This document shows, piece after piece, positions 32,140-42,451 of a stretch of 64,000 nt of DNA. The notes beneath the pieces are model-generated. The model did not search any database, was not told where the DNA came from, and was given only the letters and a program-made list of their open reading frames with translations. Positions within the stretch are counted from its first letter, which is position 1. Each line of letters starts with the position of its first letter. The stretch comes from Pseudomonadota bacterium (GTDB taxonomy: Bacteria > Pseudomonadota > Gammaproteobacteria > Burkholderiales > JACQAP01). Both the position numbers and the translations under genes were made by a program. Location: positions 443 to 64,442 of the forward strand of contig JBBPIT010000012.1 of NCBI GenBank assembly GCA_038040175.1, written 5' to 3'.

Positions 32140-33147
32140 CTATTTCGGCGAATGCTTGTCCTTGCCCTTGCCCTCGCCGAAGACAGATCCGCCGAGAATG
32201 GTATCGCCCAATTGGCTGCCCACATCTGCGAAGGGGAAAGCAGTAGACGTATTGTCAGACTGCGTTTGCGGGAACGTCGCATCATTGCGTTGCTGCGAAT
32301 TGTCATGATTTTTCGACAACGATTTGTGCCCGCTCCGACCGCTGTCGTCATCCCCAGTAAAAGATAAGGCGTCGTAATCGCGGCCGCCTTTAGGAGCATC
32401 CTCTTTCCCGCGTTGGGAATCGCCCTTCCAACTGGACGAATCGTTGCCTCCGCTGGACGTTGTCTCTGCTTTTTCCGACGTCTTTGCGCCGGTATTGTCG
32501 CCCTCGGCCACCTTGTCCCGATTGCGCTCGCCGGCAATGACCGGTTGCCGCGGAGACAGCAAGGCGGGCGTGCTGATGAAGACTGGCTTGGTATTTTCAT
32601 CCTTGACGTAGTACGACTGTCCATGGGTCACGTCCAGACAGCCGCCGGCATTGCACACGGCGACGGCGCCTGCAGATACGGTACCGGAGACGCTTTCGCC
32701 ATAGACCACCGTGTATTCCGTGCCGCGAATGCCTATCGTCGCCACACTCGTCTTCATTTTGTATGCGGATTGATTCGCCTTGCCGATCAGGCCGCTGATC
32801 GTGCGCAATCCCCCCTTGATCAGTTCCATGGCGACACGCTCGAAGCCGTCCGGCTGACCGCTGTACGAGTAGGCATTCACCCGAAATTCGGAATGCGGCG
32901 CCAGCGATACGAATCCGCCGTCCGTGAACCGCAATTGCACACGAGCGGTCTCACTGACTACCGTATCGCCGACATCAATGCCCGATCCCTTTTCGAGTTC
33001 CCGTTTCTCGCCAGAGATCGAAACGGCATAGGCCATTCCCTGGACAAATTCCACCGTTGCTGCCGCGGCGGCTAGCAACGGCGACGTTGTGATCAGCATG
33101 CCGATGAACAGAAGATACCCGACGCACCTGCGTTTGACGTGATGCAT
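32140..33147 (-). CDS. Exported FecR-domain protein with low-complexity tail
   Basis: Signal peptide, VQLRFTDGG, GGLRTISGLIG, ATIGIRGTEY; SD GGGAGG. Confidence 0.8.
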   Translation of the reverse strand: MHHVKRRCVGYLLFIGMLITTSPLLAAAAATVEFVQGMAYAVSISGEKRELEKGSGIDVGDTVVSETARVQLRFTDGGFVSLAPHSEFRVNAYSYSGQPDGFERVAMELIKGGLRTISGLIGKANQSAYKMKTSVATIGIRGTEYTVVYGESVSGTVSAGAVAVCNAGGCLDVTHGQSYYVKDENTKPVFISTPALLSPRQPVIAGERNRDKVAEGDNTGAKTSEKAETTSSGGNDSSSWKGDSQRGKEDAPKGGRDYDALSFTGDDDSGRSGHKSLSKNHDNSQQRNDATFPQTQSDNTSTAFPFADVGSQLGDTILGGSVFGEGKGKDKHSPK

Positions 33148-33545
33148 GAACCCCTCCCTAATTGAGCGTAAGAATCGTTCCGGTGCTCCAATACTGAATC
33201 CGCCATCTAGTAATTGTGGTGGAGGCGGATGCTCTGTATGGCGCAAGGGCTATGCCACTTGCAATACATTGACTTGGATTTGGAGACTGGCGTAACTCAA
33301 TGACTGCGCGGGATGTTTCCTGGGACAGGAAACCATGAATGACACAACCAAGCTGCAATTTATTGTTTGTGACTTGATTTGGTCAGGGGATGACGCGAGT
33401 ACGACACCCCAAAAAGGGGGGGCGGGTGGTGCTCGTTTGGCGGGAGATTCCATTGATTAGTGTGCAGTCGGGGCAAGTGTGGTTTGCCTCGGAACATCCC
33501 TAGGCAAGCTATTTCCGGCGCACTTCAACGTAGTTTTCATCGCCT

Positions 33546-33670
33546 TTAATGCCTCCATTCCCAGGGTGGCACCGGAATTCTTGTCCTGCCATAACCCGCC
33601 ACGCTTGGCCCGAGCCTGCTGTTCAGCTATCGCGTACCTCTCCCGATCCTCCGGGCTCTGCTCGTTCGCA
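33546..33670 (-). pseudogene. Thermonuclease (SNase-like) C-terminal remnant with frameshift
   Basis: EQSPEDRERYAIAEQQARAKRGGLWQDKN then, after a one-base shift, PVPPWEWRH*. Confidence 0.7.
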
Positions 33671-33843
33671 CGGCAAATGCAACGCCACAACACAGCAAGA
33701 CGGCTAAGCACCAGTAAAACCCGGTCGCCCCTTTGGCCCCAGTCAGATCTCAGCGGTCGCCGATCAATCTGATTCGTCGAACGACTGCGTCGTAGAACAC
33801 CGACCGGCGGCTTCAGGTCGGAAGTTGCCGTTTGGACACTGTC

Positions 33844-33869
33844 TGTCTGGTCGTGTCTAAACTACTACA
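33844..33869 (-). mobile_element. Isolated IS481-type terminal repeat
   Basis: Reverse strand TGTAGTAGTTTAGACACGACCAGACA resembles the IS end at 57318-57343. Confidence 0.4.
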
Positions 33870-34099
33870 CGTGAATGAAGACCGCAGCAGGGACCGAAGT
33901 CAGGTCTGCCGGATCCCTCGGTTATCATTCAGTCCGCTTACAACTGTTTACGCGCGTGCCATCCCATCGATGGGTTCGGCTTCGTTTTTTTTCTTTGCGC
34001 CCTTTCTTGCTCTTCTTCGCGCTCTTTGCGTCAACGCCTTTATCGCCGGCCATCGGCCGGCTGAATCCAATTCAACACACTGTACGCAACACCCGCCTC

Positions 34100-34807
34100 C
34101 TACGCCTTTAGTCCCTTGACCCATTGGTCGTAGAGCCGGCTCGCCACGCCGCGCAGCGCCGCCAGCTTCTCCTGCATCCCCTGCTGCATCCGTTGCGGCG
34201 ACTGCACCGCCTGACCACCGCTTTCCGCGATCTCGTCCGCCCCGGTCTCGCACCAGCTTTTTACCAGTTCCTCGGTCATTTCGACGTGGCACTGCATGCC
34301 CAGGCTGTTGCCGATCACGAAGCCCTGGTTTTCGCAGTAGCGGTTGCCCATGATGCGCACCGCGCCTTGCGGAATGGTGAATGTTTCGCCGTGCCAGTGA
34401 AACGATTCGAAGCGCTCGATGCCGAGTCCGAACCACTGCCTCGCGACCGGATTGTCGGCGATCAGGACTTCGCCCCAGCCGATCTCCTTGACCGGATTGC
34501 GTCCGACCGTGCCACCCAATGCCTTCGACATCAACTGTCCGCCGAGGCAATGACCGAGGACAGGAACATCGAGAGCAATCCCCTGGCGGATGAGCTGCAA
34601 CACCGGCGCGATCCACGGCAAATCGTCGTTCACGCTCATCGGCCCGCCCATGAACACCAGACCGCCGAATTGCTGCGGATCGGCCGGAACCGCATCGCCC
34701 TGGTCCACGGCTATCAGGCGCCAGGGGATGTCCCGCGAGTCCAGATACGTGGCAAAATAACCCGGTCCTTCCGTGGGCGAGTGGCGGAATATCGCAATAG
34801 GTTTCAT
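34100..34807 (-). CDS. Type 1 glutamine amidotransferase
   Basis: FMGGPMSVND, LGHCLGGQL, FHWHGETF, QCHVE. Confidence 0.9.
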   Translation of the reverse strand: MKPIAIFRHSPTEGPGYFATYLDSRDIPWRLIAVDQGDAVPADPQQFGGLVFMGGPMSVNDDLPWIAPVLQLIRQGIALDVPVLGHCLGGQLMSKALGGTVGRNPVKEIGWGEVLIADNPVARQWFGLGIERFESFHWHGETFTIPQGAVRIMGNRYCENQGFVIGNSLGMQCHVEMTEELVKSWCETGADEIAESGGQAVQSPQRMQQGMQEKLAALRGVASRLYDQWVKGLKA

Positions 34808-34823
34808 CGCCAAAGGGGTCCCC

Positions 34824-35471
34824 ATGCGGTCCAAGGCCGCGAATGTTACTGCAATTATTGTTGCCCTCCTAACCTGCCCGGCAGCCGCGCAGGAAGTGAG
34901 CGTGCTGGCGCTGTTCGAAGGCAAGGCATTGCTCGCGGTCGACAACGGCAAGCCGCGCACCGTGCGCGCCGGGGAAACCTACGCCGGCGTCACGTTGATC
35001 AGCGCCAACAGCGAGGAAGCCGTCGTCTCCGTCAACGGCAAGCGCCAGCGGCTTAGGATCGGCGAAGGTGTTTACAGCGCGATATCCGCGCAGAGCGAAC
35101 GTACAACGGTCACGCTGACTTCGGACGGGAGCGGACATTTCGTCACCACCGGCAGCATTAACGGCGCAACAATGAAGTTCCTGGTCGACACCGGCGCCAC
35201 GGCCGTCTCGATGAACCTGAATGATGCCCGACGGGCGGGCGTCAACTACCTGGCCGGAACGAAAGGTTACTCGCAGACTGCAAATGGCATCGTGCCGATC
35301 TACATGGTAAAACTCGGCAACGTAAAACTGGGGGATATCACCCTGACCGACGTCGACGGTCTGGTGCATCAAAGCAACGCGCTGCCCGTCGTGCTGCTCG
35401 GAATGAGTTTCCTCAGGCGCCTGGAAATGCGCCGGGAGGGCGAGAGTCTCACGCTCACCAAGCGATACTGA
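34824..35471 (+). CDS. Clan AA retropepsin-like aspartic protease (TIGR02281-like)
   Basis: GHF, FLVDTGAT, TANG, LLGMSFL. Confidence 0.9.
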   Translation: MRSKAANVTAIIVALLTCPAAAQEVSVLALFEGKALLAVDNGKPRTVRAGETYAGVTLISANSEEAVVSVNGKRQRLRIGEGVYSAISAQSERTTVTLTSDGSGHFVTTGSINGATMKFLVDTGATAVSMNLNDARRAGVNYLAGTKGYSQTANGIVPIYMVKLGNVKLGDITLTDVDGLVHQSNALPVVLLGMSFLRRLEMRREGESLTLTKRY

Positions 35472-35574
35472 CACCTTTGCACATTGCTCCGGCGCCGGAT
35501 ACCGGTGGCGCGCCGGGCACCAGTCAATCCCGGCAATTCCGCAACAGAAAATTTGAAGCAATCCCGGAGGAGCA

Positions 35575-35901
35575 ATGATCTACGAACTGCGCATTTACCA
35601 CGCCTGCCCCGGCAAACTGCCGGCCCTGAATGCACGCTTTTCCAACCACACCCTGAAAATATGGGAGCGCTTCGGCATCCGCCAGGTCGGTTTCTGGACC
35701 ACTGCCATCGGCGAAAGCAACAACGACCTGTACTACATCCTGGAGTGGGAGAACCTGGCCGAGCGCGAGCAGAAGTGGAACGCCTTCGTCACCCATCCCG
35801 ACTGGCTGGCGATCCGTGCCGAAACCGAAAAGGACGGCCAGCTGGTGAACCACATCACCAACATGATCCTGACGCCGACTGCATACTCGAAAATGCGTTA
35901 A
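35575..35901 (+). CDS. NIPSNAP family protein
   Basis: MIYELRIYH..PGKL, REQKWNAF..PDW. Confidence 0.9.
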   Translation: MIYELRIYHACPGKLPALNARFSNHTLKIWERFGIRQVGFWTTAIGESNNDLYYILEWENLAEREQKWNAFVTHPDWLAIRAETEKDGQLVNHITNMILTPTAYSKMR

Positions 35902-36022
35902 CGCTGCGCGCCGGCCGTCGTCCCGGTGAAACGGGGCTTTGACGGCCTTCCGGCTTTAAGTAGAATGCTCCGACAGGGCCGCACATCGCGGCCCGTTTTT
36001 TCCGGCAACGCAGGCGCTCATC

Positions 36023-37126
36023 ATGGACGAGAAACTCGTATACAACGTCAACGTCACGGCCCAGGACGTCCTCCCCACCCCGGAGGAAATCAAGCGCCGC
36101 GTACCCTTGACCGACCAGGCGGAAACGACCGTCCTGGAAGGCCGGCACGCGCTGGAACGCATCCTCGACCGCAAGGATCACCGGTTGATGGTGGTGGTCG
36201 GCCCGTGCTCGATCCACGACCCGGTGGCGGCGATGGATTACGCGCAGCGGCTGAAGGGGATCGCCGATGAAGTCGGCGATACGCTGTTCATCGTGATGCG
36301 CGTCTATTTCGAAAAGCCGCGCACCACCACGGGCTGGAAGGGTCTGATCAACGACCCGCGCATGAACGACTCTTTCCATATCGAGGAAGGCCTGCAGCTC
36401 GCCCGCAAGGTGCTGCGCGACATCAACGAGCTGGGACTTCCTGCGGGCACCGAGGCGCTCGATCCGATCAGCCCGCAATATCTCGGCGATCTGGTGACCT
36501 GGAGCGCGATCGGCGCGCGCACCGCCGAGTCGCAGACGCACCGCGAGATGGCGAGCGGCCTGTCAACGCCGGTCGGCTTCAAGAACGGCACCGATGGCGG
36601 GCTGCAGGTGGCGATCAACGCGCTGTTGTCGGTGTCGCGGCCGCACAGTTTCCTCGGCATCAACCAGGGCGGCCAGGTCTCGGTGATCCGCACCAGGGGC
36701 AACGGCTACGGCCACATCGTCCTGCGCGGCGGCGCCAAGGGTCCGAACTACGACTCGGTGACGATCGCGGTGGTGGAAATGGAGCTGGCGAAAAACAAGG
36801 TGCCCGCCAACATCGTGGTCGACTGCAGCCACGCCAACTCCAACAAGGACCACAACCTGCAGCCGCTGGTGGCCAGCGACTGCGCCCACCAGATCATCGA
36901 AGGCAACCGGTCCATCGTCGGCTTGATGCTGGAGAGCAATATCAACGACGGCAACCAGTCGATTCCGGCCGACCTGAAACAGCTCAAGTACGGCGTCTCC
37001 GTCACCGATGCCTGCATCGACTGGCCCACCACCGAGAAGCTGCTGCGCGAGATCCGGCAGAAACTGAAGGACGCGCTGCCAAAACGGGTCCCGAGAACTG
37101 CAGAAATCAGAAAGATCAGCGGCTGA
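36023..37126 (+). CDS. DAHP synthase, class I-alpha (AroF/G/H type)
   Basis: VGPCSIHD, RVYFEKPRTT, IGARTAESQTHRE, DCSHANS, SVTDACI. Confidence 0.95.
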   Translation: MDEKLVYNVNVTAQDVLPTPEEIKRRVPLTDQAETTVLEGRHALERILDRKDHRLMVVVGPCSIHDPVAAMDYAQRLKGIADEVGDTLFIVMRVYFEKPRTTTGWKGLINDPRMNDSFHIEEGLQLARKVLRDINELGLPAGTEALDPISPQYLGDLVTWSAIGARTAESQTHREMASGLSTPVGFKNGTDGGLQVAINALLSVSRPHSFLGINQGGQVSVIRTRGNGYGHIVLRGGAKGPNYDSVTIAVVEMELAKNKVPANIVVDCSHANSNKDHNLQPLVASDCAHQIIEGNRSIVGLMLESNINDGNQSIPADLKQLKYGVSVTDACIDWPTTEKLLREIRQKLKDALPKRVPRTAEIRKISG

Positions 37127-37268
37127 CTATCTTCGGTCGCCACCGCCGGCTTGCAGGCCTCACCTCGATCTGATCGCGGTCGAGCACGATGTCGCGCTCG
37201 ACCGCACTTACCACCTGCGCTTCGCAGTTCTTCAAGTACGCATTTGCGTAGAAAATCAATTCCGTCAT
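37116..37268 (-). pseudogene. Truncated alanyl-tRNA editing protein (AlaX) N-terminus
   Basis: MTELIFYANAYLKNCEAQVVSAVERDIVLDR, then similarity is lost before the expected T.FY..GGGQ motif. Confidence 0.6.
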
Positions 37269-37285
37269 GGCTCTGCGCCCTGCAG

Positions 37286-37597
37286 TTACGCTCCCGTTTC
37301 GCCCTGAGGGGAAGAGGGCGGCGAGGTGGTGGTCGGCCAGTCCGAGAACGGGAAGGGCTTCTTCTCGGTGTTGTATGTCAGGTAGGCCCACAGGCCATAG
37401 ACATAAACCGAAAGCTGCTTGCCGAACTTGAGCGCGCGTTCGTTGGGACTTCCCGTTACCAGGGTAACGATGACCTGGAACAGGACCACGACCCACATGA
37501 TGAATTCGGCCACTTTGTACAGAACCGCGAACAGGATCATGTACAACAACCGCCCCCATCGTGAAGAGTCGTTCATCTGCTGTACCGGATTTTCCAT
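37286..37597 (-). CDS. DUF4389 family membrane protein
   Basis: RLLYMILF..FQ....TG.PN....FG..L..Y...YLT...E.KPFPFSDWP. Confidence 0.85.
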   Translation of the reverse strand: MENPVQQMNDSSRWGRLLYMILFAVLYKVAEFIMWVVVLFQVIVTLVTGSPNERALKFGKQLSVYVYGLWAYLTYNTEKKPFPFSDWPTTTSPPSSPQGETGA

Positions 37598-38113
37598 TTC
37601 TTCTCCTTTTCCATGCGCGGCTGTTGAAACCGGACCCCTGTCGTAGATGGGATCATCACCGTGGAATTCAATCTACTTCTTCCCGCCACGGGGCTTGCGC
37701 CTAGGGAAGCTCTGCAGGAGTGCGATGTGAAAGACGCCGTCATTGCGGCCGGCGAATCGTTCACCGTACGCAATCCCGGGTTGACGCTGCTAACCGCGCT
37801 GAGCGCTTCCGAACTCACCATCATCGAGCCGCGCGCTGCCGCGCAACCGCAACCATGGCATCCCGCACCGAGTCGCGAACAGCAACGCGACCCCGCCGTC
37901 TTCGCGTAACGCCGACGGCGTTGCCGGCCGTCGTGCGCTTGCGGATCGGAAACGAGAAACCAAACCGCAGCGCGGGCGGTGAAGAGCTTGCCCTTGTGCG
38001 CTTTGATCACCCTCTCCGCCTGACCACCAAAGGGACTTGCGGAACTCTCGCCATGCGCCGAATGCACGGTCCTTTTGGTGGTCAGGGAGAGAGGGAAGGG
38101 GTGAGGTGGGCCT

Positions 38114-39592
38114 CTAGCGCATGACGAATGGGTTACCGGTCTTCACCCCGGTGTTGATCCACACGCTCTTCATTTGCAGGTATTCGTAAATCGCGCTGGC
38201 GCCGTTCTCCCTGCCCATGCCGCTGTCCTTGTAACCGCCGAACGGCGACATGAAACTTACCGCACGGTAGGTATTCACCCAAATCGTGCCGGCCTTGATG
38301 CGCTCCGACATGCGGATTGCGCGGCCCATGTCCTGGGTCCAGACGCCGGCGCCGAGCCCGAAGCGCACGTCGTTGGCGATGCGCACCGCATCGTCCTCGT
38401 CCCTGAACGGGATGATCGAAAGCACCGGACCGAACACTTCTTCCTGGGCGATGCGCATCCGGTTGTCCACGCCGGTAAAAATGGTGGGCTCGACGAACCA
38501 GCCCTTGCCGCACTCCGGCCGGGTCGCCGGTCCGCCACCCATGCGCAGTTTCGCGCCTTCGTTCTTGGCAATGTCGATGTAGGACAGCACCTTGTCGTAC
38601 TGCGGCCGGGTAGTGACCGGGCCGACCTGGGTTTCCAGGCTCATCGGGTTGCCCATCCTCGCCGTTTTCGCCAGCGCCAGCAGCTTGTCGACGAAGGCAT
38701 CGTGGATGGATTCCTGCAGCAGCAGGCGCGAGCCGGCGATGCAGGTCTGCCCCGTCGCGGCAAAGATGCCGGACACCGCACCGTTCACCGCATCCTCCAT
38801 CGCGGCGTCCTCGAAGACGATGTTCGGCGACTTGCCGCCCAGTTCCAGGCCGACCTTCTTGAAGCCGCGCGCAGCGGTTTCCGCGATGGCTCTGCCGGTC
38901 GTGTCCGACCCGGTGAAAGCGATTTTCGCGGTGAGCGGGTGCTCGACCAGCGGCATGCCCACCTCCTTGCCGTAGCCGGTCACGACGTTGACCACGCCGG
39001 CGGGAAAGCCGGCCTGCTCCACCAGCTTGACGAATTCCAGTGCGGAAGCCGAAGTGAACTCCGAAGGCTTGATCACCACCGTGTTGCCCGCGGCCAGCGC
39101 CGGTGCCAGCTTCCAGGCGGTGAGCATCAGCGGCGAGTTCCACGGCGTGATCGCCACAACCACGCCGAGCGGCTCGTAGCGGGTGAAATTGAAATAGCCT
39201 TTCTTGTCGAGAGGGATGACCGCGCCCTGCACCTTGTCGGCCAGTCCGCCGAAGTAGTAATACCACTGCGGCACGTAGTTGAGCTGGGCCGACATCTCGG
39301 CGATCAGCTTGCCGTTGTCGCGCACCTCGATCTCGGCCAGATGCTGCGCGTTCTGCGCCACCAGGTCGCCCAGCTTCCTCAACAGCGCGCCGCGCTGGGT
39401 CGGCGTCATCTGCGGCCACGGGCCGTCAGTGAATGCAGCATGCGCGGTGCGCACCGCATGATCCGCGTCGGCGGCGTTGCCGCGCGCGATCATCGCCCAG
39501 GGCTCGCCGGTGAACGGGTTGTAGCTCTCGAACCATTCGCCCGACGACGGCGCCACCCACTCGCCGCCTATGTACATTTGATATTTCTGCAT
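38114..39592 (-). CDS. Aldehyde dehydrogenase
   Basis: ITPWNSP, FTGS, LELGGKSP, GQTCIAG, EEVFGP, PFGGYK. Confidence 0.95.
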   Translation of the reverse strand: MQKYQMYIGGEWVAPSSGEWFESYNPFTGEPWAMIARGNAADADHAVRTAHAAFTDGPWPQMTPTQRGALLRKLGDLVAQNAQHLAEIEVRDNGKLIAEMSAQLNYVPQWYYYFGGLADKVQGAVIPLDKKGYFNFTRYEPLGVVVAITPWNSPLMLTAWKLAPALAAGNTVVIKPSEFTSASALEFVKLVEQAGFPAGVVNVVTGYGKEVGMPLVEHPLTAKIAFTGSDTTGRAIAETAARGFKKVGLELGGKSPNIVFEDAAMEDAVNGAVSGIFAATGQTCIAGSRLLLQESIHDAFVDKLLALAKTARMGNPMSLETQVGPVTTRPQYDKVLSYIDIAKNEGAKLRMGGGPATRPECGKGWFVEPTIFTGVDNRMRIAQEEVFGPVLSIIPFRDEDDAVRIANDVRFGLGAGVWTQDMGRAIRMSERIKAGTIWVNTYRAVSFMSPFGGYKDSGMGRENGASAIYEYLQMKSVWINTGVKTGNPFVMR

Positions 39593-39646
39593 TCAGATCT
39601 CCTCGCGTATCGATCCGGCAAACAAAATGTCCGTAGGGGACGTTCG

Positions 39647-39688
39647 CCTCTCGCGTCTCGCCTCTCGCCTCTCGCCTCTCGCCTCTCG
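39647..39688. repeat. Heptamer tandem repeat (CCTCTCG x6, one variant)
   Basis: Directly downstream of the cyclase gene stop. Confidence 0.9.
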
Positions 39689-39689
39689 C

Positions 39690-40646
39690 CTACCTTATTG
39701 CAATCGGCGCCACCGTCGAACCGGTTCCGCCCTTGATCTTGAGCGGCTGCACCACGAAGGCAAACTCGTAGGCCTTCTTCGCCGCCAGTTCGTCGAGCTT
39801 CATGTTCTCGAGCAAGAAGATGCCGTAGACGGCAAGCGCGAGCTGGTGGATCGGCAGGTTGATATTCTTGTCGGGATTCGGGAAAACCTCGACCGGGAAG
39901 GTATCCGCGCCGAACAGGATCGGATCCTGTTTCGCCAGCCACTCCGCCGCCGGCACGCCGATGCCCGGGCAACCGCTGTTGTACTTGGCGTTGTCCACGC
40001 CCCACAGCTTGCCCCAGCCGGTGTGGATCAGCACCGCGTCGCCTTTCTGCAGCGTCACGCCCTGCTTCTTCAGCGCCGCCTGCAGGTCATCGACCGTGAT
40101 CTCGTAGCTCAGCGGCAGCATGTCCACGCCTTTGGATGCCGCCACGTCGATCAGGACGCCGCGCGTATAGATCGCGCCGATCTTGTCGACGCCGAGCTTG
40201 GTGAAACCGTTGCGGGAAGTAATCTCGTCGGTCTTGAAGCAGTTGTAGTGGCTGTTGTCGATGCTCTGGTGAGAGAACATGTCGAACTGGGTGCCGACCT
40301 GGCCGAGTTCGGTGATGACGAATTCCTCGTTGCTGTAGCGTTTGTTGGTCCCCATCGGACCACCGGTGCGTTTGGTATGGATGTCGAAACGGCGCGTGCC
40401 GAAGAAGGGCATGTCCATCGCCAGGACGCGGCCGAGTTCGACGACTTCACCCGACTTGATGAGCCGCGAAGCACGCAGCACCAGTTCCGGGCTCATGAGG
40501 TTCGCCGCCCCGCGCTCGTCGCCCGCGCCCCACTTCGACGGACAGCGCGCCTCAGGCGCCGGCGGGCTCCAGGTCTGCGCGGTTGCGGTAGCCGAACAAA
40601 GCACCAGCAGCGCTGCCGTTGCAGCAAGAAGTTTGGTTGTTTTCAT
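39690..40646 (-). CDS. Exported cyclase family (kynurenine formamidase-like) metallohydrolase
   Basis: Signal peptide, WGAGDERGAAN, QVGTQFDMFSH, TRGVLID, GDAVLIHTGW, PLKIKGGTGS. Confidence 0.88.
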   Translation of the reverse strand: MKTTKLLAATAALLVLCSATATAQTWSPPAPEARCPSKWGAGDERGAANLMSPELVLRASRLIKSGEVVELGRVLAMDMPFFGTRRFDIHTKRTGGPMGTNKRYSNEEFVITELGQVGTQFDMFSHQSIDNSHYNCFKTDEITSRNGFTKLGVDKIGAIYTRGVLIDVAASKGVDMLPLSYEITVDDLQAALKKQGVTLQKGDAVLIHTGWGKLWGVDNAKYNSGCPGIGVPAAEWLAKQDPILFGADTFPVEVFPNPDKNINLPIHQLALAVYGIFLLENMKLDELAAKKAYEFAFVVQPLKIKGGTGSTVAPIAIR

Positions 40647-40680
40647 TGCTCCTCCTTCTTTAATGATTTTTTGACCCGGC

Positions 40681-41958
40681 CTAGCTTACCGTACCCGGGA
40701 CCTTTCCGTGAGCGTGGGGTTCACGCGCGCCGATCAGGAGCCAGGCAAACGCCAGCAACTGCAGTACCAACAGCGTTGCGAACGCGGCGCTATAGCCGTC
40801 GGGATGATAGTGGCCGGGCGCGGCGGGCCACAGATTGACAATCGCGCCGAACGCCCACTGGCAGGCAAACGCGGCGAGAAAGACCAGCAGATTGAGTGCG
40901 GTATTGGCCCTCCCGGTCATCGAGATTGGAAACGTCTGCGACAGGGTCGAAAACGTGAGGCTGCCTGAGGTGCCGAACAGGCCGAAGGCGACCCACAACG
41001 CCGGCGCGCCCGAGGTTATGCCGAAGGTAAGCAGCAACTGCACGCCGAGAAACACGGCGGTGCCGAACTTGAACAGCGCGAGCGGTGTCACCCCGCGGCG
41101 TGCGAGCCACGATGCGGCGACGCCCCAGAACAGAAAACCCGCCGTGGTCGCCGCGGCCAGTGCAAGCAGACTGACCGCCACCTCAGCCCGGTCGAGTCCT
41201 GCCACATCGGCAAGCCACGGGCCGGCCCAAAGCCCCTGCAGTGCCATATTGGTTGCCTGGAACAATGGCGATGCCGCAGCCACGCGCCAGAACACGGTAC
41301 TGCCGAACACCCGTGCCACTCCCTGAAGCTGTTCGCGCAGGCTTTCGTTGCCGCCCGCGGAGGCACGCTCCGGGACCACCCAGAAGATCGCGGCCGCTGC
41401 GGCGAAGGTCAGCACCGACAGCGCCACGAATACGCCGCGCCAGTCGGCCAGTTGCAGCGCCGCTTCCACCGGTGCCGTGGCCGCCATTGCCCCGAGCCCG
41501 CCGCAAAACAGCGCCCAGCCCGTCATCGCCGGCAAGCGCTGCAGCGGATACCACAACGTAAACGCCTTGATGCTGGACATGAGGCAGGCCGACACCCCCA
41601 GGCCGATCAGCGCGCGTCCCGCGAGCAGCGCAGGTACGCCCTGGCTCAATGCGAAAACAAGCGCGCCCGAAGCCGCGGCCAGCAGCAGCGACGCGTTGGT
41701 GCGGCGCGGACCGAAGCGGTCGAGCAGAATTCCCACCGGAATCTGGAACGCCGCGAAAGCAAGAAAGTAAACGCTGGTCAGCAGCCCGAGTTGCGCGGCG
41801 GAAAGCGTGAAGTCGGCGGTCAGATCCGGCGCGATCACCGCGTTGATGCTGCGATAGACGTAGGAGAGAAAATAGGCCGCCGCAAAAGGCAGGAATACCG
41901 ACAATGCGACGCGCGCAGCGAGAGGCGGGGGCGAAAAATGCGCACCCCCAGAACTCAT
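40681..41958 (-). CDS. MFS transporter
   Basis: GILLDRFGPRR motif A; about 12 hydrophobic segments. Confidence 0.9.
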   Translation of the reverse strand: MSSGGAHFSPPPLAARVALSVFLPFAAAYFLSYVYRSINAVIAPDLTADFTLSAAQLGLLTSVYFLAFAAFQIPVGILLDRFGPRRTNASLLLAAASGALVFALSQGVPALLAGRALIGLGVSACLMSSIKAFTLWYPLQRLPAMTGWALFCGGLGAMAATAPVEAALQLADWRGVFVALSVLTFAAAAAIFWVVPERASAGGNESLREQLQGVARVFGSTVFWRVAAASPLFQATNMALQGLWAGPWLADVAGLDRAEVAVSLLALAAATTAGFLFWGVAASWLARRGVTPLALFKFGTAVFLGVQLLLTFGITSGAPALWVAFGLFGTSGSLTFSTLSQTFPISMTGRANTALNLLVFLAAFACQWAFGAIVNLWPAAPGHYHPDGYSAAFATLLVLQLLAFAWLLIGAREPHAHGKVPGTVS

Positions 41959-42341
41959 TCAACCCGCCGGATCGTGACCTTGTTGTACCCGATGAGCGAA
42001 TTCAGGATAAAGCTGAACACCGAAACGAACAGTGCAACGAAAAACCCGGACCAGAACCCCGCGATGTAAAACCCGGGAACCAGCCAGGCCACGAACAGCA
42101 GCATCAGCGCATTGATCACCAGCACGAACAGGCCCAGCGTCACCACCGACAGCGGCAACGTCAGGATCACCAGCAGCGGTTTCAGGAAGGTATTGACGAT
42201 GCCGAGCAGCAGGCCGGCAATGAACAGCGACTGTGCAGTCTGCAACGACATGCCGTCGAACAGATCGTCGGCCACCCAAAGAGACAGCGTGTTCACGCAC
42301 CAGAAAATCAGAAAGCGGACCACGGGATTGGTAAGTTTCAT
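41955..42341 (-). CDS. 4-TMS membrane protein, YvlD/DUF360 family
   Basis: LGIVNTFLKPLL.ILTLP..V.TLGLF.LVINA. Confidence 0.85.
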   Translation of the reverse strand: MKLTNPVVRFLIFWCVNTLSLWVADDLFDGMSLQTAQSLFIAGLLLGIVNTFLKPLLVILTLPLSVVTLGLFVLVINALMLLFVAWLVPGFYIAGFWSGFFVALFVSVFSFILNSLIGYNKVTIRRVE

Positions 42342-42451
42342 GGCGGCGATGGTACCACCACCTCACCCCGTTAGAAGTCCACATGACGACCCTCGACACA
42401 TGAACTTTTTGCGTGTACTTCTAACGGGGCTTCATCCTTCATCCTTGACCT

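Noticed and set aside
37620-38110. Short ORFs 37661-37909 and 37720-38124, and a GGGAGAGAGGGAAGGGGTGAGG motif at 38085-38106
   Set aside because: Possibly a decayed gene and half of a REP-like palindrome, but I recognise no family and see no second copy
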